Shown: positions 29,786-39,548 of the stretch, piece by piece
Position numbering within the stretch: position 1 is the first letter of the stretch
How the letters are laid out: every line of letters begins with the position of its first letter
Assembly: GCA_964421975.1 (NCBI GenBank)
Contig: CAYQZL010000002.1
Coordinates: forward strand, 7,291 to 71,290
Direction: 5' to 3'
Source: an uncultured Rikenellaceae bacterium
GTDB lineage: Bacteria; Bacteroidota; Bacteroidia; Bacteroidales; VadinHA17
Length of the DNA stretch: 64,000 nt
Position numbers and translations under genes: made by a program
The notes under the pieces: generated by a model
Database searches by the model: none
The model's input: only the letters and a program-made list of their open reading frames with translations
What the model was told of the DNA's origin: nothing

Positions 29786-30871
29786 TTATAAATTACGATA
29801 TTTATCTATCAATGCCATAGCGGCTTTATATGAAGTGATCCTGCCTTCCCGGAGTTCCTTCGCGATCTGAGGCATCATCATCTTTATCTCTTTGTTGTTA
29901 TAGAATGAGTTATTAAGGAATTCAGTTATTGTGTCATTCATCCTTACAACAGACTGTCTTTCCCTTCTTTCACTGAAATAACCGTTATCTCCGGAAGATG
30001 ATACATAATTACATATGATTTCCCATAATTCCTTTATACCTGTATTCTCAAATGCCGAGCATGTAATCACTACGGGATTCCATCCGGAAGGATTTGGAGG
30101 AAAAAGTGACAGGGCATTACGGTATAGTTGCATAGCGTTGTGTGCATTGTGCCGGTTTGATCCGTCGGCTTTGGTAATTGCAATTGCATCAGCCATTTCC
30201 ATAATCCCCCGTTTTATTCCCTGCAGTTCGTCACCGGCCCCTGCAAGCATCAGAAGCAGAAAGAAATCGACCATTGAATGGACGGCTGTTTCAGACTGGC
30301 CAACTCCGACTGTTTCAACCAGGATGGTATCGAATCCTGCTGCTTCGCACAAAATAATTGTCTCCCTTGTTTTCCTTGCTACTCCTCCCATAGTTCCTGC
30401 TGTTGGTGATGGCCTGATAAATGCATCAGGATGAATACTCAGCTTTTCCATTCTTGTCTTGTCGCCCAGGATACTGCCTTTTGTATTAATACTGCTTGGA
30501 TCAACAGCGAGAACAGCAACCTTATGTCCGGATGAAACAAGATATAATCCGAAAGTTTCGATGAATGTACTTTTACCGGCACCCGGGACACCCGTTATCC
30601 CGATCCTTACTGATCTGCCACTTTGGGGAAGACATTTTTCAATTATCCCCTGGATAAGATCATAATGTTCCGGCAGAGAACTTTCGATGAGAGTTATTGC
30701 CTGGCTCAGGATTGTCCTGTTACCTATCAGTATACCTTCAAGATATTCATCAACGGTATATTTCTTCCGGGTCTTCCTGTTTCCCCTGAGTACCGCAGGA
30801 TTAATATTCGGAGGTTGTATAATACCTTTTTTAATACTCAGATGATTGTCTGATTTTTTCTTCTCAGTCAT
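29786..30871 (-). CDS. meaB: methylmalonyl-CoA mutase-associated G3E GTPase MeaB/ArgK
   Basis: 361 aa. P-loop GITGVPGAGKST, ILVETVGVGQSE and ITKADG (NKxD-like), the G3E family pattern. Confidence 0.82.
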   Translation of the reverse strand: MTEKKKSDNHLSIKKGIIQPPNINPAVLRGNRKTRKKYTVDEYLEGILIGNRTILSQAITLIESSLPEHYDLIQGIIEKCLPQSGRSVRIGITGVPGAGKSTFIETFGLYLVSSGHKVAVLAVDPSSINTKGSILGDKTRMEKLSIHPDAFIRPSPTAGTMGGVARKTRETIILCEAAGFDTILVETVGVGQSETAVHSMVDFFLLLMLAGAGDELQGIKRGIMEMADAIAITKADGSNRHNAHNAMQLYRNALSLFPPNPSGWNPVVITCSAFENTGIKELWEIICNYVSSSGDNGYFSERRERQSVVRMNDTITEFLNNSFYNNKEIKMMMPQIAKELREGRITSYKAAMALIDKYRNL

Positions 30872-30894
30872 TTTAAACTGTCGATCGGTTCGTA

Positions 30895-30935
30895 AAAATA
30901 ATAAAAGGGTGCCATTATCTCATTTCCGGCACCCT
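30895..30935 (-). terminator. intrinsic terminator downstream of the DUF1573 gene
   Basis: The minus strand reads GAGGGTGCC-(14 nt)-GGCACCCTTTTATTATTTTT. This is an 8-bp GC-rich stem followed by a T-run. Confidence 0.65.
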
Positions 30936-30968
30936 CATGATTAAACATCAGATCACGGGATCTGCATA

Positions 30969-32057
30969 TTATCTGGAAGCAGTCTGCTCCACATCAGCAT
31001 TGAGCATAAGAACCACTTCGGAATTTTTCGGATCGTTTGTATAGACATAGATAGCTTTTGTTACCCTGCCTTTATATCCTCCAGAATTGAATGTTGCCTT
31101 TATTGAGCTTGACTGGCCCGGTTTGATACCCTGGTTCTGTGTTCCCTGCTGTACTGCAGTGCATCCACAGGTCGATCTTATGTGCCTGATAATAAGATCA
31201 CTTTTGCCGGCATTTGTAAAACTGAATTCAAATTCCTTTGAAGTAGAACCCGGCATTTTTCCAAGATCCACGGTTGTTGATGCCAGTTTAAAAACAGGTG
31301 CATTCTCAAGATCAGCCTTTGAAAGGGAGGAAAAATCTTCCACCAGATTGGCTGATATATAATAATATACATTCTGCTGTGCAACACCGTTAAGCTTTAC
31401 CTTTACCATATCGCTCACATTTCCCCATGAATTGTTTTTTGTAGCATCATAGGTCCCTTCAATGATCCCCTTCTGCCCCGGCTTAAGAGTCTCGGGATTG
31501 GCTTTCAGAGCAAGATGCCCCGGCAGATTCTCAAATTCGATCCTGACAGGTTCCTTTGATGGATTTATTACCTGCATGACCCTTATTTTCTTTTCAGTCT
31601 TTTTCACATTGGTAAAAGCAAGATGATTGCTTTCAAATCTTATGGAACCTACAGGAAATATAAAAAGTTCTTCTATTGTTTTTTCACGGGGAATCACTTC
31701 TCCTTTTATTGACATAACCACCACCTGGGGTTTTGCATTTGTATAGACCGAAAGGGTTTTGTTAAATGCACCGGGACGGTTCTGAGGATCATAGATCGCC
31801 GTTATCTTTCCCTTTCCACCCGGAGGGATTGGCTGTTTGGTCCATTCCGGTAATGTACATCCGCACGAAGCTACAATATTCTGTATCACCAGAGGTGCAT
31901 TACCCGTATTGGTAACTTCAAAATCCCAGGTCTGACGGCCCGCTTCTTCCTTAAAGCTACCGAAATTATGTTCAGTTTTTGAAAGCTTCATCACAGGCTG
32001 AGCCGCAAGTGAAGCGCCTAAAATAAATGTTGAAATGATCAGACAGACTTTTTTCAT
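30969..32057 (-). CDS. DUF1573 domain-containing secreted protein (two DUF1573 modules)
   Basis: 362 aa with a signal peptide. Two copies of the DUF1573 signature are present: FEVTNTGNAPLVIQNIVASCGCTLPEW and FSFTNAGKSDLIIRHIRSTCGCTAV. Confidence 0.75.
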   Translation of the reverse strand: MKKVCLIISTFILGASLAAQPVMKLSKTEHNFGSFKEEAGRQTWDFEVTNTGNAPLVIQNIVASCGCTLPEWTKQPIPPGGKGKITAIYDPQNRPGAFNKTLSVYTNAKPQVVVMSIKGEVIPREKTIEELFIFPVGSIRFESNHLAFTNVKKTEKKIRVMQVINPSKEPVRIEFENLPGHLALKANPETLKPGQKGIIEGTYDATKNNSWGNVSDMVKVKLNGVAQQNVYYYISANLVEDFSSLSKADLENAPVFKLASTTVDLGKMPGSTSKEFEFSFTNAGKSDLIIRHIRSTCGCTAVQQGTQNQGIKPGQSSSIKATFNSGGYKGRVTKAIYVYTNDPKNSEVVLMLNADVEQTASR

Positions 32058-32321
32058 ATTAAATAATTGTTAGACACAATATAATATTTAACATCCTTAT
32101 CCGGTTTTTAGTATAAACTATTCCGGTTAATATTTGGTTGCATATGTATTTACAAAAATCAGACCGGAATGATGTTTATCATAAAACATGACAAAATTAA
32201 TAAACTTTAAACTTTTTCAGTTATTTAAACCAGAATATCATTAGTTTTGTTGCATAAACCGGGTTATTTGGAACAAAATTTGCACACCTTAGCCCGGTTA
32301 TGTGTCATAAAGGAGCATAGA

Positions 32322-35300
32322 ATGAGCAGCATCCGCAGACTTATAATAATCATACTGACAAGTCTTTTCTGGCTGACCGCAAGCGGTCAGTTTTACAACG
32401 GACACCAGATGACATTCGGAAAAAACAGGGTCCAGCATTATGATTATTACTGGTCATTCTACAGATTTGAGGAAATTGACTGCTATTTCAACGAATTCGG
32501 CAGGGAACTTGCCCAATATACAGCCAATTACGGCATAAAAAAGCTGGATGAGATTGAGGATTTTTTTGACTATAACCTGGAAAAGAGACTCATCTTCATA
32601 ATCCATAATAAGAATAACGAATACAGACAATCCAATGTCGGACTTGTGACAGGTGAAGAGGACAGCTATAATACAGGAGGATACAGCAGAATAATCAAAA
32701 ATAAGGTATTGCTCTATTATGAAGGAGATCATGTTGCCTATCAGAAACAGATAGGTGCCTCCATCACAGAAGTCATAATAAATGAAATGCTTTATGATGC
32801 AGACCTCCGCGACCGTATAAGCAGCTCTTCTGTCATCACAATCCCAAACTGGTATATTAAAGGCCTGGCAAACTATGTATCATTCGGATGGGACCTGGAA
32901 ACCGAGAACCATGTCAGGGACGGGATCATATCGGGATATTACCGGAATATAAATCACCTTGAATATGATGACGCTGTTTATGCAGGACAGTCATTCTGGA
33001 GATTTATCGGAAAAGAATACGGCGACGCCCTGATACCAAATATAATTTACCTGACTAAGGTCTATAAGAACATTGAAGACGGTCTGCTGTATGTCATAGG
33101 CAAAGATATCAAGGAACTGATGGATGAATGGAAAGCTTTTTACAGGAACGAGTTTGCAGATGACAGAAGCCGGCCGGAATATGACGCGAATGTAATAGCC
33201 AGATCGAAAAAGGAACACATATATCAGCAGGTTAAGGTCAGCCCTGATGGCAGCCATATAGCTTTTGTTACAAATGTATGGGGCAGGAAAAAGATCAACC
33301 TTTATGATCAGGCAACAGGGAAAGTGAAAGTGATCTTTCGCAAAGAACCTAAATACGAACATGTTACAGACAATACTTATCCGGTTATAGCATGGCACCC
33401 GGGCGGGAGGATACTTACATATATAAATGAAGAGAAAGCCGGAATGGTCATATATTTCTACAGGATTGATGATAAAAGGACTGAAGAAAGAAATCTTCTA
33501 TATTTTGATAAGATCCTCAGTTTTTCATATTCACCTGAAGGTTCACGGCTTATTTTTTCAGGTGTCAAGGATGGAATAACCGACCTATATTTGCATACTA
33601 TATCTTCGGGAACAAATGAACAGATCACAAGGGATTTAGCTGATGATCTTGATCCCTCATTCCTCGACGGTGCGGAAGATATGATAGTTTTCTCTTCAAA
33701 CAGGCTGACCGATACCATCGGCAACCAGGCTGATCCCTTTGAAAAGGTGGCAAATACCTTTGAACTGTTCACCTACAATCTTTCCCGGAGAGACAATATT
33801 CTCACAAGGCTTTCTGAAGGTGATTACGTTGAAAAATTTTCACCTTCAGGAACTGTTAAGAACAAATTCACCTATATCGGGGATGCTGACGGTATAATGA
33901 ACCGTTATACAGCATCATTTGACAGTGCGATAAGTTATATAGATACAACGACACATTACAGGTATTTCATCAATTCAGTACCTGTAACGGATTATGACAG
34001 GAATATAATCAACCAGTCGGTGGCAAATGCTTCGGATACCTATGGCGAAGTTCTTTTCAACAAGAGAAGATATATGATCAGGAAAGGCAGGATGTCTGAT
34101 TCCGGACCTTTGCCGAAGGAAGAAAGGAAGCAAACCATTTTCAGGAAAGAGAAATCTATCCTCCTGCATAAAGCTGACAGTGTGGAACAGTTGAGGCAAT
34201 GGCTCATTGCGGAGGATAAAAGAAGACGTGATACCCTCACAAAACCATTGTATGAGTATTATCAGACAAATGAACCGATAGATATAAACCATTATATTTT
34301 CGAAAAAGAAAAGCAGAATTACTTTGAGCAGCTCTGGAGAAAAGATTATATGGATATTGATCTTGATACCGGGAAGCTTGACCTTCCTCTGATCAGGATA
34401 TATCAGACTGCTTTTTATAACAATTATATTGCTAATCAGATCGATTTCAGCTTCCTGAACAATACCTATCAGGTTTACAGCGGCGGGGCACCTTATTATA
34501 ATCCGGGTGTCAATCTCCTTTCAAGGTTCGGTGTCATTGATCTTTTTGAGAATTACCGTATTACAGGTGGTTTCAGGTTTTCAGGCAATTTCGACAGCAA
34601 TGAATACCTGGTAAGTGCGGAAAGCCTTAAGGGTAATTTTGACAAGCAGTTCATCTTTCATCGCCAGGGATTTTTCAGTTCAAATGATTCAAGCTATTTT
34701 AAGTCGCATACACATAATATTTATCTGACATTTTCAAAACCTTTCACCCCCGTGCTTTCTCTGAAAGGGACCCTGGCCTACAGGAATGACCGTCATGTAA
34801 TGGTTTATTCAGACAATATGGTAGCAGTACTGAACAGTGATATTATCTCCAGGCACTGGGCTAACCTGAAAGGTGAACTTGTTTTTGACAATACACGCAA
34901 AAGAAGCATAAATATTTATTACGGTACCAGGTTCAAGATCTTCGGCGAATATTACAAAGAGCTGAACTACAAGATGACAGATATGATTGTTGTCGGGATC
35001 GATTTCCGGAAATACATAAAGCTTCATCGCGAACTTATCTGGGCCAACCGTCTGGCTGCAAGTACCTCATACGGCCCGACACGGCTTGTTTATTACCTGG
35101 GTGGTGTTGACAACTGGATGGGTAATCTATTCAACAGGGAGGGAATGTTTGACCAGACTATACCGGTTAATCCGAATATGAATTATGGATTTCAGGCACT
35201 TGCTACAAATATGCGCGGTTTTACCCAGAACATAAGGAACGGAACCAGCTTTGCACTTATAAACAGTGAAATAAGATGGCCCGTTATAAGATATTTTGCA

Positions 35301-35603
35301 GGTCATCCTCTTAAATCAAACTTCCTCAACAGCTTACAGGTTGTGGGATTTGGAGACGTAGGATCTGCATGGGTCGGAAGATCTCCATGGTCGGGAGAGA
35401 ATGCATGGGATAACGAAGTTATAGAAAGCGGATCTGTAAAAGTTGTCCTTGATTCGAACCGCCAGCCAATAGTTGCAGGGTTCGGTGCAGGATTAAGAGC
35501 ACAGCTGATGGGATACTTTGTAAGAGCAGACTGGGCATGGGGTATTGAAAACAACTATATTCTCCCAAGGATATTTTACCTCTCATTCAGCCTGGATTTC
35601 TGA
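32322..35603 (+). CDS. large outer-membrane protein: N-terminal globular domain, PD40/TolB-like propeller repeats, C-terminal Omp85-like beta-barrel
   Basis: About 1093 aa from the Met at 32322 (MSSIRRLIIIILTSLFWLTASGQ). PD40-like motifs: VSPDGSHIAFVTN, YSPEGSRLIFSG and FSSNR. The C-terminus resembles surface-antigen barrels (ALINSEIRWPV, GFGAGLR, FVRADWAWGIE) and ends in Phe. Confidence 0.6.
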   Translation: MSSIRRLIIIILTSLFWLTASGQFYNGHQMTFGKNRVQHYDYYWSFYRFEEIDCYFNEFGRELAQYTANYGIKKLDEIEDFFDYNLEKRLIFIIHNKNNEYRQSNVGLVTGEEDSYNTGGYSRIIKNKVLLYYEGDHVAYQKQIGASITEVIINEMLYDADLRDRISSSSVITIPNWYIKGLANYVSFGWDLETENHVRDGIISGYYRNINHLEYDDAVYAGQSFWRFIGKEYGDALIPNIIYLTKVYKNIEDGLLYVIGKDIKELMDEWKAFYRNEFADDRSRPEYDANVIARSKKEHIYQQVKVSPDGSHIAFVTNVWGRKKINLYDQATGKVKVIFRKEPKYEHVTDNTYPVIAWHPGGRILTYINEEKAGMVIYFYRIDDKRTEERNLLYFDKILSFSYSPEGSRLIFSGVKDGITDLYLHTISSGTNEQITRDLADDLDPSFLDGAEDMIVFSSNRLTDTIGNQADPFEKVANTFELFTYNLSRRDNILTRLSEGDYVEKFSPSGTVKNKFTYIGDADGIMNRYTASFDSAISYIDTTTHYRYFINSVPVTDYDRNIINQSVANASDTYGEVLFNKRRYMIRKGRMSDSGPLPKEERKQTIFRKEKSILLHKADSVEQLRQWLIAEDKRRRDTLTKPLYEYYQTNEPIDINHYIFEKEKQNYFEQLWRKDYMDIDLDTGKLDLPLIRIYQTAFYNNYIANQIDFSFLNNTYQVYSGGAPYYNPGVNLLSRFGVIDLFENYRITGGFRFSGNFDSNEYLVSAESLKGNFDKQFIFHRQGFFSSNDSSYFKSHTHNIYLTFSKPFTPVLSLKGTLAYRNDRHVMVYSDNMVAVLNSDIISRHWANLKGELVFDNTRKRSINIYYGTRFKIFGEYYKELNYKMTDMIVVGIDFRKYIKLHRELIWANRLAASTSYGPTRLVYYLGGVDNWMGNLFNREGMFDQTIPVNPNMNYGFQALATNMRGFTQNIRNGTSFALINSEIRWPVIRYFAGHPLKSNFLNSLQVVGFGDVGSAWVGRSPWSGENAWDNEVIESGSVKVVLDSNRQPIVAGFGAGLRAQLMGYFVRADWAWGIENNYILPRIFYLSFSLDF

Positions 35604-35667
35604 TCGGCAAAAACAGGCACGTTTATTGTATATGTCAGGTGATATTTTTTAATTAAGAATTTTTGGA

Positions 35668-35675
35668 TACATTTG
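35668..35675 (+). promoter_or_regulatory. candidate Bacteroidota -7 promoter box (TACATTTG) for the ferredoxin gene
   Basis: Exact match to the TAnnTTTG consensus, 40 nt upstream of the ATG at 35715. Confidence 0.4.
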
Positions 35676-35714
35676 AAAATTCAAAGTAATTATTTTAACT
35701 AAAAGAAGATAGAA

Positions 35715-35885
35715 ATGGCTTACAAAATCAATGAAGATTGCACAGCTTGCGGAACATGTATAGATGAGTGTCCTGTTGAGGCTATCTCAGAAGGCGATAT
35801 CTACAAAATTAATCCGGATATTTGCACCGATTGCGGTGCATGTGCAGATGTTTGCCCGGTTGAAGCAATTCATCCTGCCGAATAA
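35715..35885 (+). CDS. 2x[4Fe-4S] ferredoxin (56 aa; below ORF-track size cut-off)
   Basis: Hand translation gives MAYKINEDCTACGTCIDECPVEAISEGDIYKINPDICTDCGACADVCPVEAIHPAE. It has two CxxCxxCxxxCP clusters and a strong terminator downstream. Confidence 0.9.
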   Translation: MAYKINEDCTACGTCIDECPVEAISEGDIYKINPDICTDCGACADVCPVEAIHPAE

Positions 35886-35905
35886 AGTATTGCAATCTGT
35901 GAAAT

Positions 35906-35937
35906 AAAACAGGGCCGGAATTATACGGCCCTGTTTT
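35906..35937. terminator. bidirectional intrinsic terminator
   Basis: AAAACAGGGCCG-GAATTATA-CGGCCCTGTTTT. The 12-bp stem includes A- and T-run arms. It lies between the ferredoxin stop (35885) and the minus-strand stop at 35941. Confidence 0.8.
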
Positions 35938-35940
35938 ATT

Positions 35941-36963
35941 TTATTCGGGATCATATCTGGCTAAGGTAAGAAGCCCCTGTATATCCTTTGAATCCATAAG
36001 TTCATTCAGGGTCATATTCCCGTTCTTCATCATACATGATTCGATGATCCTGAAACCGATCCAGATTGCAGCCCTTCCCGGAGATTCACTGGTGAAATAA
36101 CTGGTAAAAGGTGCATTCCCTGTAAGCTTGCGGATCACAAACTGATCCGTACTGAAAAGCAAATCGTACTCAATAAGGTATTGCCACATCTGCCTTTCAT
36201 TATTTGTACAAAATCTCATCTGGTCAGCTGTAAAACCAAATAATACCGTATCACTGACCTCAGGAAGCATACATTTCTCAAAATACTTCAGCTTGCCTTC
36301 ATGAAGCATTGCACTCAGCACATTCTTCTCCGTATAATCCATATTCTCATAATCCCATTCCGAAGCTGCCCATCCATACATACAATCGGGAACAATATTA
36401 ACGGGATTCATATTTGCTGCCATATACTGATATATCTCCAGCCTGGGATAATACTCACTGTCGCGCCCGAGATACCGGTCCAGGCCGATCCCTATTACAC
36501 TATCTCCCGTGATGATACTTGTATTAAAACCGGTAATGCAGGTAATCACAGAAGGGAGTTTTTTTTGTGGAAAATAATAAAGGTAGTGCCGGAATGCTTC
36601 TTCAAGATCTTCCTCCCAGGGATCCATTAAGGGATATAACTGCATTACTTTCTCATAGACCTCATAATTAAGCCGGTCGGTAACGAAGCGCAGAAGTGTG
36701 TTGGCAAATGAAGTATCATTTACGTTGCCGGCATTGATAACATAGCTGAAAAGCTGAAGAAAACTGCCGTATTCTTTCTTTATCTCCGGAAGATCTTCTT
36801 TCAGACCTGCAGGATCGGCCGAAAAGAGAGTCTGTTCAAATCTCTTAATGCTTATATCTGCTTCAACAGATGAAGTATTGACTTTATAATGATTTCTTTT
36901 GCAGCCGGTTCCCAAAACCATGCCACATGAAAAAATAATCATAAAGACCATAATTTTCCTCAT
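35941..36963 (-). CDS. gldB: gliding-motility-associated lipoprotein GldB-like
   Basis: 340 aa. Lipobox VLGTGCK. C-terminal SESPGRAAIWIGFRIIESCM and N-terminal KRFEQTLFSA match my recollection of GldB family features. Proximity to nadE is also as I recall from Flavobacterium. Needs HMM confirmation. Confidence 0.5.
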   Translation of the reverse strand: MRKIMVFMIIFSCGMVLGTGCKRNHYKVNTSSVEADISIKRFEQTLFSADPAGLKEDLPEIKKEYGSFLQLFSYVINAGNVNDTSFANTLLRFVTDRLNYEVYEKVMQLYPLMDPWEEDLEEAFRHYLYYFPQKKLPSVITCITGFNTSIITGDSVIGIGLDRYLGRDSEYYPRLEIYQYMAANMNPVNIVPDCMYGWAASEWDYENMDYTEKNVLSAMLHEGKLKYFEKCMLPEVSDTVLFGFTADQMRFCTNNERQMWQYLIEYDLLFSTDQFVIRKLTGNAPFTSYFTSESPGRAAIWIGFRIIESCMMKNGNMTLNELMDSKDIQGLLTLARYDPE

Positions 36964-37118
36964 ACCGGTATATTTTGATCACACGAAATTAGTTACTTTT
37001 CGCCGTTATGCCAACTGTAAATTACTGACATAAATCTGGCTCAATATTTGTTTACTGTATAACAGGATATGATAAATCCGGAGTGTTCTTCAGACATTAA
37101 CTGTTATAAAATTACAAA

Positions 37119-37877
37119 ATGAATTACACAGGAATAAAACCATTCAGAACAAAAAATATTGTATTCCTCATCCTGTTCTGCATTTCAGCCGCTCTTTCAG
37201 GCCAGCCGGGTTACCGTTATCCGGAATACCGTGCGCCCCGGATGGGTTTCGGACCTCCGTATGCAATTTCATTCGGTATTCATTTCGACCCGGTAATAAG
37301 CTGGTTCTCAACTGATAATTATAGTACACGCAGTGAAGGTGCGATGCCAGGTTTCAATTTCGGGATCTCTTACAACAGATATTTCGGTCCGAATTATTCT
37401 TTCTCATCCGGAGTCAGCATTATCAATGGCGGAGGAAGACTAATTTGCAGGGAACCAATATATTTCCAGCTCAAAAATTACAGACGTGAAACAGTTACTG
37501 TTGAGCCGGGGGAAGCCATCATTTACAGGATCAGATATTTCTCCGTACCCTTCGGATTAAAGCTGCAGACAAGTGAGACCGGGTACGGAAGGTTATTTGC
37601 TGACATAGGTCTTGATCCGAAAATTGTCATTTCGGGAAGAGCTGATATCCCCTCACTTAATATACGTGATGATAACGCTCTCCTGGAAATAAGAGCTTTC
37701 AACCTTTCATATCATGTAATGGCAGGAATTGAATATCCGATCGCCGGAAATCTGTCCGCGGTTTTTGGGCTGGGTTTCGATAATAATTTCCTTGATACCA
37801 CCAGAGACAATAAAAATGAACCATGGGATATGGTAAACCATAAATTGCTATCTTTCCGGCTGGGCATTAACTTCTGA
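37119..37877 (+). CDS. outer-membrane beta-barrel (porin-family / PorT-like) protein
   Basis: 252 aa with a signal peptide. It shows alternating-hydrophobic strands and a terminal ..SFRLGINF aromatic residue. Confidence 0.55.
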   Translation: MNYTGIKPFRTKNIVFLILFCISAALSGQPGYRYPEYRAPRMGFGPPYAISFGIHFDPVISWFSTDNYSTRSEGAMPGFNFGISYNRYFGPNYSFSSGVSIINGGGRLICREPIYFQLKNYRRETVTVEPGEAIIYRIRYFSVPFGLKLQTSETGYGRLFADIGLDPKIVISGRADIPSLNIRDDNALLEIRAFNLSYHVMAGIEYPIAGNLSAVFGLGFDNNFLDTTRDNKNEPWDMVNHKLLSFRLGINF

Positions 37878-37885
37878 GATTTCAT

Positions 37886-39535
37886 ATGAGATTTACTGTC
37901 GCACAGCTTAATTACCATATCGGTAATTTTACAGCCAATAAGGAAAAGATCTGTAAAGCCATAAAGAAAGCAAGGGATGAAAATTCAGATCTGATTGTTT
38001 TTTCAGAGCTTTCAGTACCAGGCTACCCTCCTCTCGATCTGCTCGACCGCTATGATTTTGTGGAAAAATGCAGCAAAACGGTTCATGAAATAGCCCGTGA
38101 ATGCAAAGGTATTACAGCTATCGTAGGATCTCCTGTCGTCAACACCAATCCTGAAGGAAAAAAGCTGTTCAACTCTGCTCTTGTCCTCTCAGAGGGGAAG
38201 ATCCTCTTTTCGGCCAACAAAGCACTTTTGCCGACTTATGACATTTTTGACGAATACAGGTATTTTCAGCCTGACAGGAGTTTCACTGTTTTTCCCTTCA
38301 AAGGTTTCAGGGTAGCACTTACGATCTGTGAGGACATATGGGATGAACAGCCCTTTGATAATGAATTCGAGAAAAAAAGGTTATATACTGTCTCGCCGAT
38401 GGATGAGCTCGCCAGGCAGAATCCTGATTTTATAATCAATATATCGGCATCACCCTTTTCATATACGAAGATCGATGTAAAGACCTCGGTTTTCAGAAAT
38501 AAAGCAGCTAAGCATGGTATTCCGCTTATCAGTTCAAACCAGACAGGTGCAAACGCCGAACTTATCTTCGATGGAGCATCGATGATAATCAATGGTAAAG
38601 GAGATCTTTGTTATCGTCTGCCCTTTTTTGAAGAAGAGGTCAGAACATTTGATTATGAAGAAACTTTTTCGGTTAACTGTTCCGAAGGAAAACAGAATGA
38701 TCCCGTTCAGCTGATCCATAAAGCCCTGGTTACAGGAATACATGATTACTTCGAAAAGACCGGGATCACAAAAGCAGTACTCGGTCTCTCGGGTGGAATT
38801 GACTCGGCAATAGTGCTTTGCCTTGCTGTCGATGCACTCGGAAATGATAATGTCAGAGCTCTGCTTATGCCATCTCGTTACTCATCGCGCCATTCAGTTA
38901 AGGATGCGGTGGAACTTGCCGAAAAACTGAAGGTAAGATATGATATCATCAGCATCGAAAAACCATTCAGAGCATTTGAAGAGGATCTTGCTCCGCTTTT
39001 TAAAGAAAGCACCCCTGATGTTACCGAAGAAAATATTCAGGCGCGGATAAGAGCCATTCTTCTGATGGCAGTCGCAAATAAATTCGGATGCATCCTCCTC
39101 AACACATCAAACAAAAGTGAAGCTGCTGTGGGATACGGAACATTGTATGGAGATATGGCCGGAGGATTATCGGTTATCGGAGATGTTTACAAAACAGATA
39201 TATACAGGCTTGCAAACTATATAAACAGGAATGAGGAGATTATTCCCCGTAACACAATAACAAAACTCCCATCAGCTGAACTAAGACCCAACCAGTTTGA
39301 TACTGATTCCCTGCCGGAATATAAGATACTGGATTCAATCCTTTACCAGTATATTGAACAGCAAAAACCTCCGGAAAGGATCTCGGGCGAGGGAATAACA
39401 AAGGAAATAGTCTCGAGAGTTATCCGGATGATCAATTATAATGAATATAAAAGATATCAGGCTCCGCCAATACTCAGGATATCTTCCAAATCGTTCGGAC
39501 AGGGCAGGATAATGCCCCTGGTAGCAAAGATGTGA
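37886..39535 (+). CDS. nadE: glutamine-dependent NAD+ synthetase
   Basis: 549 aa. N-terminal CN-hydrolase domain (FSELSVPGYPP, TICEDIW) and C-terminal NAD synthetase domain with the PP-loop GLSGGIDSA. Confidence 0.92.
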   Translation: MRFTVAQLNYHIGNFTANKEKICKAIKKARDENSDLIVFSELSVPGYPPLDLLDRYDFVEKCSKTVHEIARECKGITAIVGSPVVNTNPEGKKLFNSALVLSEGKILFSANKALLPTYDIFDEYRYFQPDRSFTVFPFKGFRVALTICEDIWDEQPFDNEFEKKRLYTVSPMDELARQNPDFIINISASPFSYTKIDVKTSVFRNKAAKHGIPLISSNQTGANAELIFDGASMIINGKGDLCYRLPFFEEEVRTFDYEETFSVNCSEGKQNDPVQLIHKALVTGIHDYFEKTGITKAVLGLSGGIDSAIVLCLAVDALGNDNVRALLMPSRYSSRHSVKDAVELAEKLKVRYDIISIEKPFRAFEEDLAPLFKESTPDVTEENIQARIRAILLMAVANKFGCILLNTSNKSEAAVGYGTLYGDMAGGLSVIGDVYKTDIYRLANYINRNEEIIPRNTITKLPSAELRPNQFDTDSLPEYKILDSILYQYIEQQKPPERISGEGITKEIVSRVIRMINYNEYKRYQAPPILRISSKSFGQGRIMPLVAKM

Positions 39536-39548
39536 CCATCTGTAATCA

